Shown: piece by piece, positions 1 through 7,846 of the stretch
Layout: each line of letters starts with the position of its first letter
Position numbering within the stretch: the first letter of the stretch is position 1
Assembly: GCA_013151235.1 (NCBI GenBank)
Contig: JAADIO010000005.1
Location: forward strand, 1 to 64,000
DNA: 64,000 nucleotides
Source: Deltaproteobacteria bacterium
Lineage (GTDB): Bacteria > CG2-30-53-67
Reading direction: 5' to 3'
Translations under genes and position numbers: made by a program
The notes under the pieces: model-generated
What the model was told of the DNA's origin: nothing
Seen by the model: the letters and a program-made list of their open reading frames with translations, nothing else
Database searches by the model: none

Positions 1-42
1 GAAAGACGGAAATGACACAATCATGGAAAGAGGTGCAACATC

Positions 43-1128
43 ATGAAATATTCATACCTTCATTTCGGGATCATGCTACTGGCATTCTGGATCATCTCGA
101 TCTCTTTCTCAAAGAGTACCAACGCCGTTCCGGACAGTGATCGTTTCCAGAGAGCAACCTTTGCGGGGGGCTGCTTCTGGTGCATGGAAAAACCTTTTGA
201 GGAATTGGAAGGGATCCTGTCCGTCACGTCCGGTTATACAGGCGGGTTCAGCAAACATCCAACGTACGAAACCTATGATACCGGAGGCCACCTGGAAGCT
301 GTACAAATCGTCTATGATCAAACGAAGATTTCCTACGAGAAACTTCTGGATGTCTTTTGGCGGCAGGTCGACCCGACCGATCCGGACGGTCAGTTCGTGG
401 ACAGGGGAAAGCAATATTCCACGGCCATCTTTTTTCATAACGAAAAGCAGAGAAAATCGGCGGAAGAATCGAGAAACAACCTGGGAAAAAAGAACCTCTA
501 TGAGAAACCGGTTGTAACACCCATTCTCCCGGCCGGCGCCTTTTATCCAGCTGAAGAGTATCATCAGGATTACTACAAGAAGAATCCGATCCGGTACAGA
601 TATTATCGATACAACTCAGGCAGAGACTCATTCCTGGAAAAGATCTGGGGACGAAAAAGGAAAGGAACAAATCGATCCATGACCGACTTAAAGAAGAAAC
701 TCACCCCCATGCAATACCGGGTCACCCAGCAGGACCGTACCGAACCGCCCTTTGTCAATGCCTATTGGGATAACAAAAAGGCGGGGATTTATGTGGATAT
801 CGTATCCGGCGAACCTCTCTTCAGCTCTCTGAACAAATATGATTCCGGTACAGGCTGGCCCAGTTTCACAAGGCCCCTCGTACCGGAGAACATCGTCGAG
901 CGCAACGACACCAAGCTGTTCCGGCTCCGCACGGAGGTCCGGAGCAGACATGCCGATTCACACCTCGGCCATCTCTTCAAGGACGGTCCACAACCGGCTG
1001 GCCTTCGTTACTGCATCAACTCAGCGGCACTTCGATTCATCCGGGTGGAAGAGCTGGAGAAAGAGGGCTACGGGAAATTCATGAAACTGTTCCAGCCGTT
1101 TTCGCACGGAATAGGGCCCACGGAATAG
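43..1128 (+). CDS. msrAB: Bifunctional peptide-methionine sulfoxide reductase MsrA/MsrB with N-terminal signal peptide
   Basis: MsrA GGCFWC and [12 protein letters not shown] motifs; Msr[16 protein letters not shown] and RYCINS motifs; hydrophobic N-terminus; AGAGGTG RBS upstream. Confidence 0.95.
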   Translation: MKYSYLHFGIMLLAFWIISISFSKSTNAVPDSDRFQRATFAGGCFWCMEKPFEELEGILSVTSGYTGGFSKHPTYETYDTGGHLEAVQIVYDQTKISYEKLLDVFWRQVDPTDPDGQFVDRGKQYSTAIFFHNEKQRKSAEESRNNLGKKNLYEKPVVTPILPAGAFYPAEEYHQDYYKKNPIRYRYYRYNSGRDSFLEKIWGRKRKGTNRSMTDLKKKLTPMQYRVTQQDRTEPPFVNAYWDNKKAGIYVDIVSGEPLFSSLNKYDSGTGWPSFTRPLVPENIVERNDTKLFRLRTEVRSRHADSHLGHLFKDGPQPAGLRYCINSAALRFIRVEELEKEGYGKFMKLFQPFSHGIGPTE

Positions 1129-1288
1129 CAGACGGAATAGAGACGGAATAGGACCCGGAAGAGACGGAATAGGGCCAGGTCTTTAATCTTGATATTCCCA
1201 TTCGATGGGTCGAATAGAATATTGAAGGAACGATGAAGTAAATTCAAAATTAAAGACCTGGCCCTCAGGACCTGCTGAGGACCTGCTG
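1106..1288. repeat. REP-like palindrome with stuttered flanking direct repeats
   Basis: ACGGAATAG x5 (1106-1172); 22-bp inverted repeat AGGGCCAGGTCTTTAATCTTGA (1171-1192) / TCAAAATTAAAGACCTGGCCCT (1244-1265) with 1 mismatch; AGGACCTGCTG x2 (1267-1288). Confidence 0.75.
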
Positions 1289-1419
1289 TATAAAACAGGC
1301 TGGGTTGCGGTGGGGGTTGGTGGCCCATCATAAGCGCAGGTTTCCTTTGTGCTTGTGTTCCTGGTTGCACAAATATACCATGGCTCCTGACTTAATCAAA
1401 GAGGTTTGGGCAACAGCCC
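1287..1419 (-). mobile_element. Truncated IS1182/IS5-like element left end (terminal repeat, promoter, first 15 transposase codons)
   Basis: Minus strand begins GGGCTGTTGCCCAAACCTC (IS1182-type end), then TTGATT-16-TATATT, then ATG at 1331 encoding MMGHQPPPQPSLFYT, which resembles IS1182 transposase N-termini; breaks off at the REP-like repeat. Confidence 0.55.
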
Positions 1420-1579
1420 GTCAAGGCCCTTTGCTGCTCCTACGTAGAACTTCGTCTCATCTCCATCGATATCAGCAGATCCGGAAACCCCGCTGATCCT
1501 GTGAAAAAGAATGTAATCTCATTTGTCAGCATGAAAGATTTGCCCCCGAAGGATCCCTCTTTTTTGTTTTTATTCGTAT

Positions 1580-1684
1580 TTATTTCTTTTTTTCTTTTTT
1601 CTGTTTCCGTTTTTCTTTTTGGGTCAGCTTACTCTTTTTTTGTTCTTCCCGTTTGCCTTTATCTTTTTTCCCCTTGTCGCCCAT
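1580..1684 (-). CDS. Small lysine-rich protein, 34 aa (MGDKGKKDKGKREEQKKSKLTQKEKRKQKKEKKK)
   Basis: Manually translated, below the ORF-track cutoff; AAGGAGG RBS upstream of ATG 1684; TAA at 1580-1582; accounts for the T-rich tract on the + strand. Confidence 0.7.
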   Translation of the reverse strand: MGDKGKKDKGKREEQKKSKLTQKEKRKQKKEKKK

Positions 1685-1859
1685 GTCAACTCCTCCTTAC
1701 TCAAAAATGGTTCTTTTTGTTTTTCTGCTTTCAGTAACCTCATGGAAAGTGTGAAACCACAAAAGCAAATAGAGATAATGCATTTGTCAAGATTAAAGAC
1801 CCCCATGGGACCACTGTGATCTCAAACAGTTACCATGGTCCGACCCCGGACCCACAATC

Positions 1860-2014
1860 CCACAATAGTTGCTGACACTGGCTTTGCGCTATGTCGATGG
1901 GCTTCAGAAGGTAACGTTTCCATTGCCCCCTGCCATCCAAGCTACATGGCTCCGGCTTTTACCATGACGGGACTTGCACCCGTTAGTGTATGCTGCCCTT
2001 CGCTGGGTACGCAA
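1860..2014 (-). mobile_element. Probable group II intron 5' (domain I) remnant
   Basis: Minus strand starts TTGCGTACCCAGCGAAGGGCAGCA...GGGTGCAAGTCCCG...GTAGCTTGGATGGCAGG...CTGAAGCCCATCGACA, resembling bacterial group II intron 5' ends (GUGYG-like start); no RT ORF or domain V seen nearby; left boundary approximate. Confidence 0.5.
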
Positions 2015-2063
2015 GATTAAAGACCTGACCCCCAATCTTTCACATGACCCCCAATCTTTCACA
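2012..2063. repeat. REP-like motif CAAGATTAAAGACCTGACCCC with local duplication
   Basis: CAAGATTAAAGACC also at 1788-1801 and inverted at 1178-1191; TGACCCCCAATCTTTCACA duplicated in tandem at 2026-2063. Confidence 0.7.
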
Positions 2064-2074
2064 AAGAAATGAGA

Positions 2075-2923
2075 TCAGGCGTATCGGGAAAGGATTTGCC
2101 CCACGATCCCGGGGTCCGGCTTCCGGCCCACGAGGGGGCCGTCCTGAAGGACGGAGAGCCGGGCGGCATAGTCGGGACGGTCGTTTTTGTAGAGAACACC
2201 GACGGGGATCTTCTCCCCCCATTCCATGGCGGTCTTCATGGCGGACTCCCAGTCGGTGGGATCGTACTCTTCCAGTAGCTCGTAACAGCGTTTCTTGTAC
2301 CATCCGAAGGTGTTCACCTTGTTGAAGGAGACACAGGGCTGGAGGATGTCGATGAGGGAAAAACCCTTGTGGGCGATCCCGAGGCGGATCATCTCCGTCA
2401 TGTGATCGGGCATGCCGGAGAAACTGCGGGCCACAAAACCGCCGTGGAGAACCACCGCCGTCGCCAAGGGGTGGAAAGGCTCTTGGCACACCCCCTCGGG
2501 CTGGGCCTTGGTGACGAAGCCCTCGTCGGATGTGGGACTTGCCTGTCCCTTGGTGAGGCCGTAGATCTGGTTGTCATGGACGATCAGGGTGAGGTCAAGG
2601 TTCCGCCGGAGGGCGGCAAGAAAGTGGTTCCCCCCCTCACCGTAGGTACAACCGTCGCCGCTCTCGACGATCACCTTCAACTCCGGATTGGCGAGCTTCG
2701 CTCCGGTGGCAACGGGAATCGCGCGGCCGTGGAGGCCGTTGAAGAAGTTAACATTGAGGTAGTGAGGCGCCTTGGCTGCCTGCCCGATCCCGGAAACGAA
2801 GAGGACTTCATGCGGAGCGATCCCCGCCCCGGCCATGGCGGATTTGACTGCATCAAGGATCGGGAAGTTGCCGCACCCCGGGCACCAGGCCGTTTCATAT
2901 TCACCGTAGTCGCCGATTTCCAC
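2075..2923 (-). CDS. korB: 2-oxoacid:ferredoxin oxidoreductase beta subunit (TPP-binding)
   Basis: WCPGCGN, SGIG, HGRA, GDG...GGNH, DNQIYGLTKGQASPT motifs. Confidence 0.93.
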   Translation of the reverse strand: MEIGDYGEYETAWCPGCGNFPILDAVKSAMAGAGIAPHEVLFVSGIGQAAKAPHYLNVNFFNGLHGRAIPVATGAKLANPELKVIVESGDGCTYGEGGNHFLAALRRNLDLTLIVHDNQIYGLTKGQASPTSDEGFVTKAQPEGVCQEPFHPLATAVVLHGGFVARSFSGMPDHMTEMIRLGIAHKGFSLIDILQPCVSFNKVNTFGWYKKRCYELLEEYDPTDWESAMKTAMEWGEKIPVGVLYKNDRPDYAARLSVLQDGPLVGRKPDPGIVGQILSRYA

Positions 2924-2938
2924 CTCACGCTCCCTTCG

Positions 2939-4624
2939 TCACACCCTTTTCAGTACCTGCAGGAGATACTCCGGCGTGATCGGCAGTCCGTCATACCGCA
3001 GGATCTCCCGCTTGATCTCAAACCCTGTCTCACGATGCAGGAGTCGTCCGAACTGACCGGTGGCGTTCCCTTCTACGGAGACCACCTCTTGCGCTCCCTC
3101 TAACTTACCGAGAAACTGTCCCGGATCCAATGGCCGGAGTTGTGAAAAATGAAGAACGGCGGCATCCCTTCCTTCCTCCCGCAAACGCTCCGCCGCCTCG
3201 CATACGGCCCCCTTCGCGGAACCCCAGCAGACCAGCAGGAGATCCGGTGAATCGTTCCCCTCGTAGTACGGCGGGATCACCTCCCGGAGCAGTCCCTTCA
3301 TCTTCCGCAGCCTTTTTCCCACCATCCGCTTCCGGATCGAGAGGTCCTCCGTGATATGTCCGGCCTCGTCATGCTCGTCGCTGTCGGCCACAACAAGGTG
3401 GCTCGACCGCCCCGGCAGGAGACGAGGCGAAATCCCATTGGAAGTCATTGCGAAACGTTTATAGGGAAGTTCCAACCCGCCGGGGTCGGCACCCGGTTCA
3501 ACCCCGTCAAGCCCCGTGACATCGATGGGATCAACGGCCCGGTACGAGTCGGCCAGGAACTGATCGGTCAGGATGAAAACCGGCCCTTGGTATTTCTCCG
3601 CCGTTCCGAAGGCCCGCCGGGTCAGGTGGAAACACTCCTCCAAGTCCCCGGGGGCGAAGACGGCCCGGGGGAATTCACCATGTCCCGCATAGAGAATCAT
3701 CTCCAGGTCTCCCTGCTCCGTCCGGGTAGGAAGTCCCGTGGCCGGGCCGGGACGCTGGGCCACAACAATCACGACGGGTGTCTCCGTCATCCCGGCAAGG
3801 CTCACCCCCTCCGTCATGAGGGCGAATCCCCCGCCGGAAGTGGCCGTCATACTCGGCACCCCTGCGAAGGAGGCGCCGATCGCCATGTTGACGGCGGCGA
3901 TCTCATCCTCGGCCTGTTCGACGACAATCCCCGTTTCCGTTGCCGTGGCAATCAGGGTCATGGGGATCGAAGTGGCGGGGGTCATGGGATAGTAGGCGCA
4001 GAAGCGAAGGCCCGCCGAGACCGCGCCGTAAGCAATCGCCTCGTTGCCGTTCAGCATCCACCGGTTATGAATTCCCGCCACTGCCGGAAGTTCGAGGTGG
4101 TTCATCCCCTCTCCTTCAGCCCACCGGTAGGCGAGGTCGAGGACCTGCCGGTTCCGCTCCTTTATCTCCTCCGGTTTCTTTTTTGCGAAGAGTTCACCAA
4201 GAAGACCGCAAATCAATTCCCGGTCGAGACCGAGGAGGCACCCGGCAACTCCGAGCAAAGCGATGTTGAAAAAACGGGGCTCCGCCAGTTCCCTGAACGG
4301 AACCCGTATGCAACTGTCGCAGATCAGCTCCACCGATTCGTCGACGATGGTCACCCCCTTCACGGTCAGGCGCTTTCCATGAAGGCGGACGGCCTCTTCA
4401 TTCATGGCAATAAGAAGATCGACGGGCAACGCAGGCGCCCGGACTCTGCCCGGACCAACCCGGACGGCAAAGGTATTGTGCCCACCCCGAACCCGCGACT
4501 GGTAGGCCTGCGTCACAACAATCCGGTACCCGCTTCGCACGAGGGACCGGGCAAGCAACTGACCGAGCGTCACCAATCCCTGGCCCGCCTCACCCCCGAT
4601 AAGTATGTTGCAGGATTCCACCAT
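2939..4624 (-). CDS. korA: 2-oxoacid:ferredoxin oxidoreductase alpha subunit (fused gamma-alpha)
   Basis: GGEAGQG, SRVRGGHN, YPMTPAT, EQAEDEIAA, TSGGGF, QRPGPATGLPTRTEQ motifs; start set at ATG 4624. Confidence 0.93.
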   Translation of the reverse strand: MVESCNILIGGEAGQGLVTLGQLLARSLVRSGYRIVVTQAYQSRVRGGHNTFAVRVGPGRVRAPALPVDLLIAMNEEAVRLHGKRLTVKGVTIVDESVELICDSCIRVPFRELAEPRFFNIALLGVAGCLLGLDRELICGLLGELFAKKKPEEIKERNRQVLDLAYRWAEGEGMNHLELPAVAGIHNRWMLNGNEAIAYGAVSAGLRFCAYYPMTPATSIPMTLIATATETGIVVEQAEDEIAAVNMAIGASFAGVPSMTATSGGGFALMTEGVSLAGMTETPVVIVVAQRPGPATGLPTRTEQGDLEMILYAGHGEFPRAVFAPGDLEECFHLTRRAFGTAEKYQGPVFILTDQFLADSYRAVDPIDVTGLDGVEPGADPGGLELPYKRFAMTSNGISPRLLPGRSSHLVVADSDEHDEAGHITEDLSIRKRMVGKRLRKMKGLLREVIPPYYEGNDSPDLLLVCWGSAKGAVCEAAERLREEGRDAAVLHFSQLRPLDPGQFLGKLEGAQEVVSVEGNATGQFGRLLHRETGFEIKREILRYDGLPITPEYLLQVLKRV

Positions 4625-4697
4625 CCGGACCCACCGTAAAGAAAAAAGCGTCCCGCCTCCGCGCAAACCGGAAAAGACGGAACGCACCATTCAAATC

Positions 4698-4776
4698 ACA
4701 GACGAACTTTTATTGTACATCGCAGCAAACTCAAAACCTGACAAACACCGCTGACAGGCTTTTTGCAAAGCGATCA
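4698..4776. repeat. Partial copy of the MITE-like family abutting a stop codon
   Basis: ACTCAAAACCTGACAAAC...GGCTTTTTGCAAAGCGATCA resembles the right half of the copies at 31075, 35122 and 36505. Confidence 0.55.
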
Positions 4777-5211
4777 CGCATAAGGATAAATCCCGCTCTT
4801 AATCTTCCCGAGGTTCTCGAGGAGGCGGTTATGCTTCTCTTCATCCTCCATGAGATAGTCGAGCAGGTATTCCTGAACGAGCATCTTCTTCCCCTGAATG
4901 GCCGCAAGACTCTCCTTGACCAGGCCGACCATCCGTTTTTCGATCTGAAGGTGGTTCTCCACCATCTCGGAGATTGCGTTCAGCTCGTCGATGTTCAACG
5001 ACAACGACGCCTTCTCAAAGCTGTCTGCGATGAACTGCTGCACCCTGTAGTGCATCTTGGAATCGTTCTGGATGATCTCCATTACCGTCCGGATGATGGG
5101 ATTGTCCGTTTTCTCCATGATCGCACCGGTATTTGCCACGGAGGCATCCTCAATCTTCTGCCAGGTTTTCATGTTCTTCACGATCTTTTCCTGCAACTCT
5201 TTGGTCTTCAT
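4774..5211 (-). CDS. Ferritin-like (rubrerythrin-superfamily) di-iron protein
   Basis: Helical 145-aa protein with DSKMH and EDEEKH (D/ExxH) motifs; downstream of rubrerythrin. Confidence 0.7.
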   Translation of the reverse strand: MKTKELQEKIVKNMKTWQKIEDASVANTGAIMEKTDNPIIRTVMEIIQNDSKMHYRVQQFIADSFEKASLSLNIDELNAISEMVENHLQIEKRMVGLVKESLAAIQGKKMLVQEYLLDYLMEDEEKHNRLLENLGKIKSGIYPYA

Positions 5212-5296
5212 TCGCGACTCCTTTATCTTTAAACAGCTTCGAATCCGTCTGATTGGAAAGAAATGCTTCTATCAAGGGTCTAAAACGCTCTGACGG

Positions 5297-5869
5297 CTAC
5301 CAGTTTTCACCGAGAACTTCAAAGTGAGCTTGGGGATGATCACAGGCGGGACACTTGCCGGGAGCCTCTTCCCCTTCATGAAGATAGCCGCAGTTGCGGC
5401 AGCGCCAGACCACTTTTTTCTTCTTCCTGAAAACCTCACCCGCCTCGATATTGGCAAGAAGATCACGGTAGCGTTTCTCATGTTGTCTCTCCGCAACAGA
5501 GATCGCCTCGAAGGCGAGGGCGGCCGCTTCAAACCCCTCCTCCCGTGCAACCTTTGCAAAAGAGGGATACATCTCGGTCCACTCCCCATGTTCCCCGTCG
5601 GCTGCGGCCTTCAGGTTCTCCGCCGTCGTGCCGATCCTCCCGGCCGGGAAAGACGCCTGCACCTCGACCTCTCCCCCTTCGAGGAACTTGAAAAACCGCT
5701 TGGCATGCTCCCGTTCCTGGTTTGCCGTCTCATCGAAGATATCCGCAATCTGCACAAAACCTTCCTTCTTTGCCTGCCCGGCAAAATAGGTATAACGGTT
5801 CCGTGCCTGCGACTCACCGGCAAAGGCAGTGAGGAGATTCTTTTCCGTCTGCGTTCCCTTCAAACTCAT
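5297..5869 (-). CDS. rbr: Rubrerythrin
   Basis: AFAGESQARNRYTYFA, ETANQEREHAK and C-terminal rubredoxin-like WRCRNCGY...CPACDHP; GGAGGAG RBS before ATG 5869. Confidence 0.95.
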   Translation of the reverse strand: MSLKGTQTEKNLLTAFAGESQARNRYTYFAGQAKKEGFVQIADIFDETANQEREHAKRFFKFLEGGEVEVQASFPAGRIGTTAENLKAAADGEHGEWTEMYPSFAKVAREEGFEAAALAFEAISVAERQHEKRYRDLLANIEAGEVFRKKKKVVWRCRNCGYLHEGEEAPGKCPACDHPQAHFEVLGENW

Positions 5870-6017
5870 CCAACTCCTCCTTTCGCTCTCACACTCCACA
5901 TTTAATGCATAACATCAACAACAGACTGTATCTGATTGTTTATGAAAACATTTTAATAATCCAGGACGGGACAAGACCGCCTGTTGCATCCTACGCAACA
6001 CAACGACCATGATGAAA

Positions 6018-6046
6018 AAAGTACCAGCGCCGCGGGGAGCTGTCAA
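6018..6046 (-). promoter_or_regulatory. Sigma70 promoter for rbr, overlapping a hairpin downstream of hgcB
   Basis: TTGACA-17 nt-TACTTT on the minus strand; the 8-bp stem AGCGCCGC/GCGGCGCT (6026-6054) followed by a T-run could also terminate hgcAB. Confidence 0.55.
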
Positions 6047-6088
6047 GCGGCGCTTCGATCTTTCTTCCGGCTAGGGGAACGGTTTCCA

Positions 6089-6391
6089 TCAACAACAGCC
6101 GTTTCCATTCCCCTCCCCGTCACACCCGCAGCTCGGCTCCCCCCCGAAGAGGAGGCTGTTGATAATGGCCGAGGCGCAGCCGACGCCGGGGTTGACCAGG
6201 ATGGCTCCGAATTCACAGTTCTTCACGCAGGCGCCGCACTCCATGCAAAGGTCCCGGTCGGTGATCACGGCCCGTTTTTCCTTCATCTCAAAGACGCAGT
6301 GGGGACAGACCTCGACGCACCGGCCGCACCCTTTGCACTTTTCCGGATCGTATTTGAGCGTTGCGACATCCTTGAGATATTTCATGGTCAT
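6089..6391 (-). CDS. hgcB: Mercury methylation ferredoxin HgcB
   Basis: CxxCxxCxxxCP plus the diagnostic CMECGAC motif, GVGCA and C-terminal CC; ATGA overlap with the hgcA stop. Confidence 0.95.
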   Translation of the reverse strand: MTMKYLKDVATLKYDPEKCKGCGRCVEVCPHCVFEMKEKRAVITDRDLCMECGACVKNCEFGAILVNPGVGCASAIINSLLFGGEPSCGCDGEGNGNGCC

Positions 6392-7512
6392 CCCCATGTC
6401 CGCACCTTGTAGATGATCAGGAACAGAGCGGAAAGAACAAGCGCCGTAAAATAGAGCGGAAGGGCCCGCTTCAGTTCCTTCTCCACGCCGGACATGCCGG
6501 TGTAGGGGGTCGATCCGGTAAAGTTCAGGGCAAGATAGGAACTCGCTGCAGGAAAGAGAATCAACGCCACAAGGGAAAGCAGGACACTCCGTAACGGGAC
6601 GCCCCCGGCCAGAAAGGTCGCGCAGGTCGAGAGGAGCCCGGCGATCCACCCCTTGATCCCGAAGGAGGGGGTCGGAAGATAAGGAAGCAAAATCGGCATA
6701 AATACCGTCCCGGCGAGGACCGAGACCAGCCCCAGGATCACGAATGAAAGACCGCCGTCCCATGCCGGCCGGAAGAGAATCCCTTCCCGTTGCAGTCCGA
6801 ACAGGAGAAAGACCCCCACGAGGAAATATGGAAATTTTTTCATGGCCGGGTTCAGCTCCATCGGGGTCAGCACCAGCCGGTCCCACATCGAGAAGCGAAC
6901 CTTCCGCATCTCCCGCGTCGCCCGGTAACCCGCATCGATGAATGTGGGGATATCCTTTGCCGCCACGGGGCCGAAGAGAACCCGGAAGCCGGTCTCCTTC
7001 TTTACAACGTGGGCAGCGACACCGACGGCACCCAACTGGGGGACGATCACACGCCGGTGCTCAACCACCCGATCGAGCCCGACGGCACGGATCCTCCGGA
7101 TCAGTTCCTCCGTCCCGAAGGTCCCCTTCCCCGCCGCACACCAGACATTGATTCCCTTCGTGTCGAGAACCACGATCCAGGCATCCCGCCCCTTCAAGGC
7201 ACGGCGAAGATGATCGAAACTCAATTTGTAATTGGCGCTGACGAAGACATCGGAGGTCTTGTCCGGGCTCCCGACAGCGTAGAGACCGGGCTCCACCCGG
7301 TACTGCATGCGGAAGGCGCTGATTCTCGATCTGAATGCGCCCCAACGGTCCGCCCGGGACCAGCCGGTCCCGACATGCTGCACAGCCGGGGAAGGAACAC
7401 GAAGATCGCCCATCCGGACAAACCTGTCCGTCGTGGGGCCCTTTTCACCGCAACAGGGGGAAGGAGTGATCGTTTGCGAAGTACAGCAGGATTTTTCCGA
7501 TTGTTCGCTCAT
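6388..7512 (-). CDS. hgcA: Mercury methylation corrinoid protein HgcA
   Basis: Cap-helix motif GINVWCAAGKGTFG, ANYKLSFD, C-terminal transmembrane helices, NFTGSTPYT; adjacent to hgcB. Confidence 0.96.
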   Translation of the reverse strand: MSEQSEKSCCTSQTITPSPCCGEKGPTTDRFVRMGDLRVPSPAVQHVGTGWSRADRWGAFRSRISAFRMQYRVEPGLYAVGSPDKTSDVFVSANYKLSFDHLRRALKGRDAWIVVLDTKGINVWCAAGKGTFGTEELIRRIRAVGLDRVVEHRRVIVPQLGAVGVAAHVVKKETGFRVLFGPVAAKDIPTFIDAGYRATREMRKVRFSMWDRLVLTPMELNPAMKKFPYFLVGVFLLFGLQREGILFRPAWDGGLSFVILGLVSVLAGTVFMPILLPYLPTPSFGIKGWIAGLLSTCATFLAGGVPLRSVLLSLVALILFPAASSYLALNFTGSTPYTGMSGVEKELKRALPLYFTALVLSALFLIIYKVRTWG

Positions 7513-7523
7513 GATTGATCCTG

Positions 7524-7552
7524 AGAATAAACAGCAGAGCCGAAAAAGTCAA
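7524..7552 (-). promoter_or_regulatory. Sigma70 promoter of hgcAB
   Basis: TTGACT-17 nt-TATTCT, ending 11 nt upstream of the hgcA ATG. Confidence 0.6.
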
Positions 7553-7585
7553 GTTGATCAAATCATCCAACCGGTCAAGATGGGG

Positions 7586-7648
7586 AAAAGATTTCCCTTA
7601 TTGTGTAAAAGTTTTCCATTATTGGGTGAAAGTTTTCCTATTTCTTTT
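7586..7648. promoter_or_regulatory. Three 21-bp-period direct repeats, putative enhancer (bEBP) sites
   Basis: AAAAGATTTCCCTTATTGTGT / AAAAGTTTTCCATTATTGGGT / GAAAGTTTTCCTATTT, about 90-150 bp upstream of a sigma54 motif. Confidence 0.5.
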
Positions 7649-7738
7649 GCAAAGCTGCCACATCCAAATCATTAGCATAATCTTTCAACCGATTGTTATG
7701 TTACACGATTCACCATAAAATATCCTATACATGCTCAT

Positions 7739-7755
7739 CCGGCATATATATTGCT
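7739..7755 (+). promoter_or_regulatory. Sigma54 (-24/-12) promoter
   Basis: CCGGCATATATATTGCT = GG-N10-GC with TTGC, upstream of the PEP-CTERM gene. Confidence 0.6.
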
Positions 7756-7846
7756 TATCACTTTCATGCAGTATCGCTTTATAACGTTTTCATGATTCAC
7801 ACAAAATGGTCTCTGAAATTCTCGGAAATCGGAAAGGAATTTTACC

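Noticed and set aside
1106-1172. ACGGAATAG repeats as a CRISPR array
   Set aside because: Units are 9 nt with 2-12 nt gaps, far too short for repeats/spacers, and no cas genes are present
1501-1737. Phe-rich 78-aa + strand ORF as a membrane peptide
   Set aside because: It is the antisense shadow of the Lys-rich small ORF, which has the RBS
5895-5960. PerR/Fur box upstream of rubrerythrin
   Set aside because: AT-rich, but I could not identify a convincing palindrome
6392-6886. N-terminal 165 aa of the 265-aa ORF 6089..6886 (apparent long or fused HgcB)
   Set aside because: Overlaps hgcA in another frame; real HgcB starts at 6391 or 6385, and hgcA has its own stop, so this is not an HgcAB fusion
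7513-7560. Possible Sec-containing upstream extension of HgcA (in-frame TGA and another CC)
   Set aside because: Two in-frame TGAs with no start/RBS identified, and the segment coincides with a good sigma70 promoter
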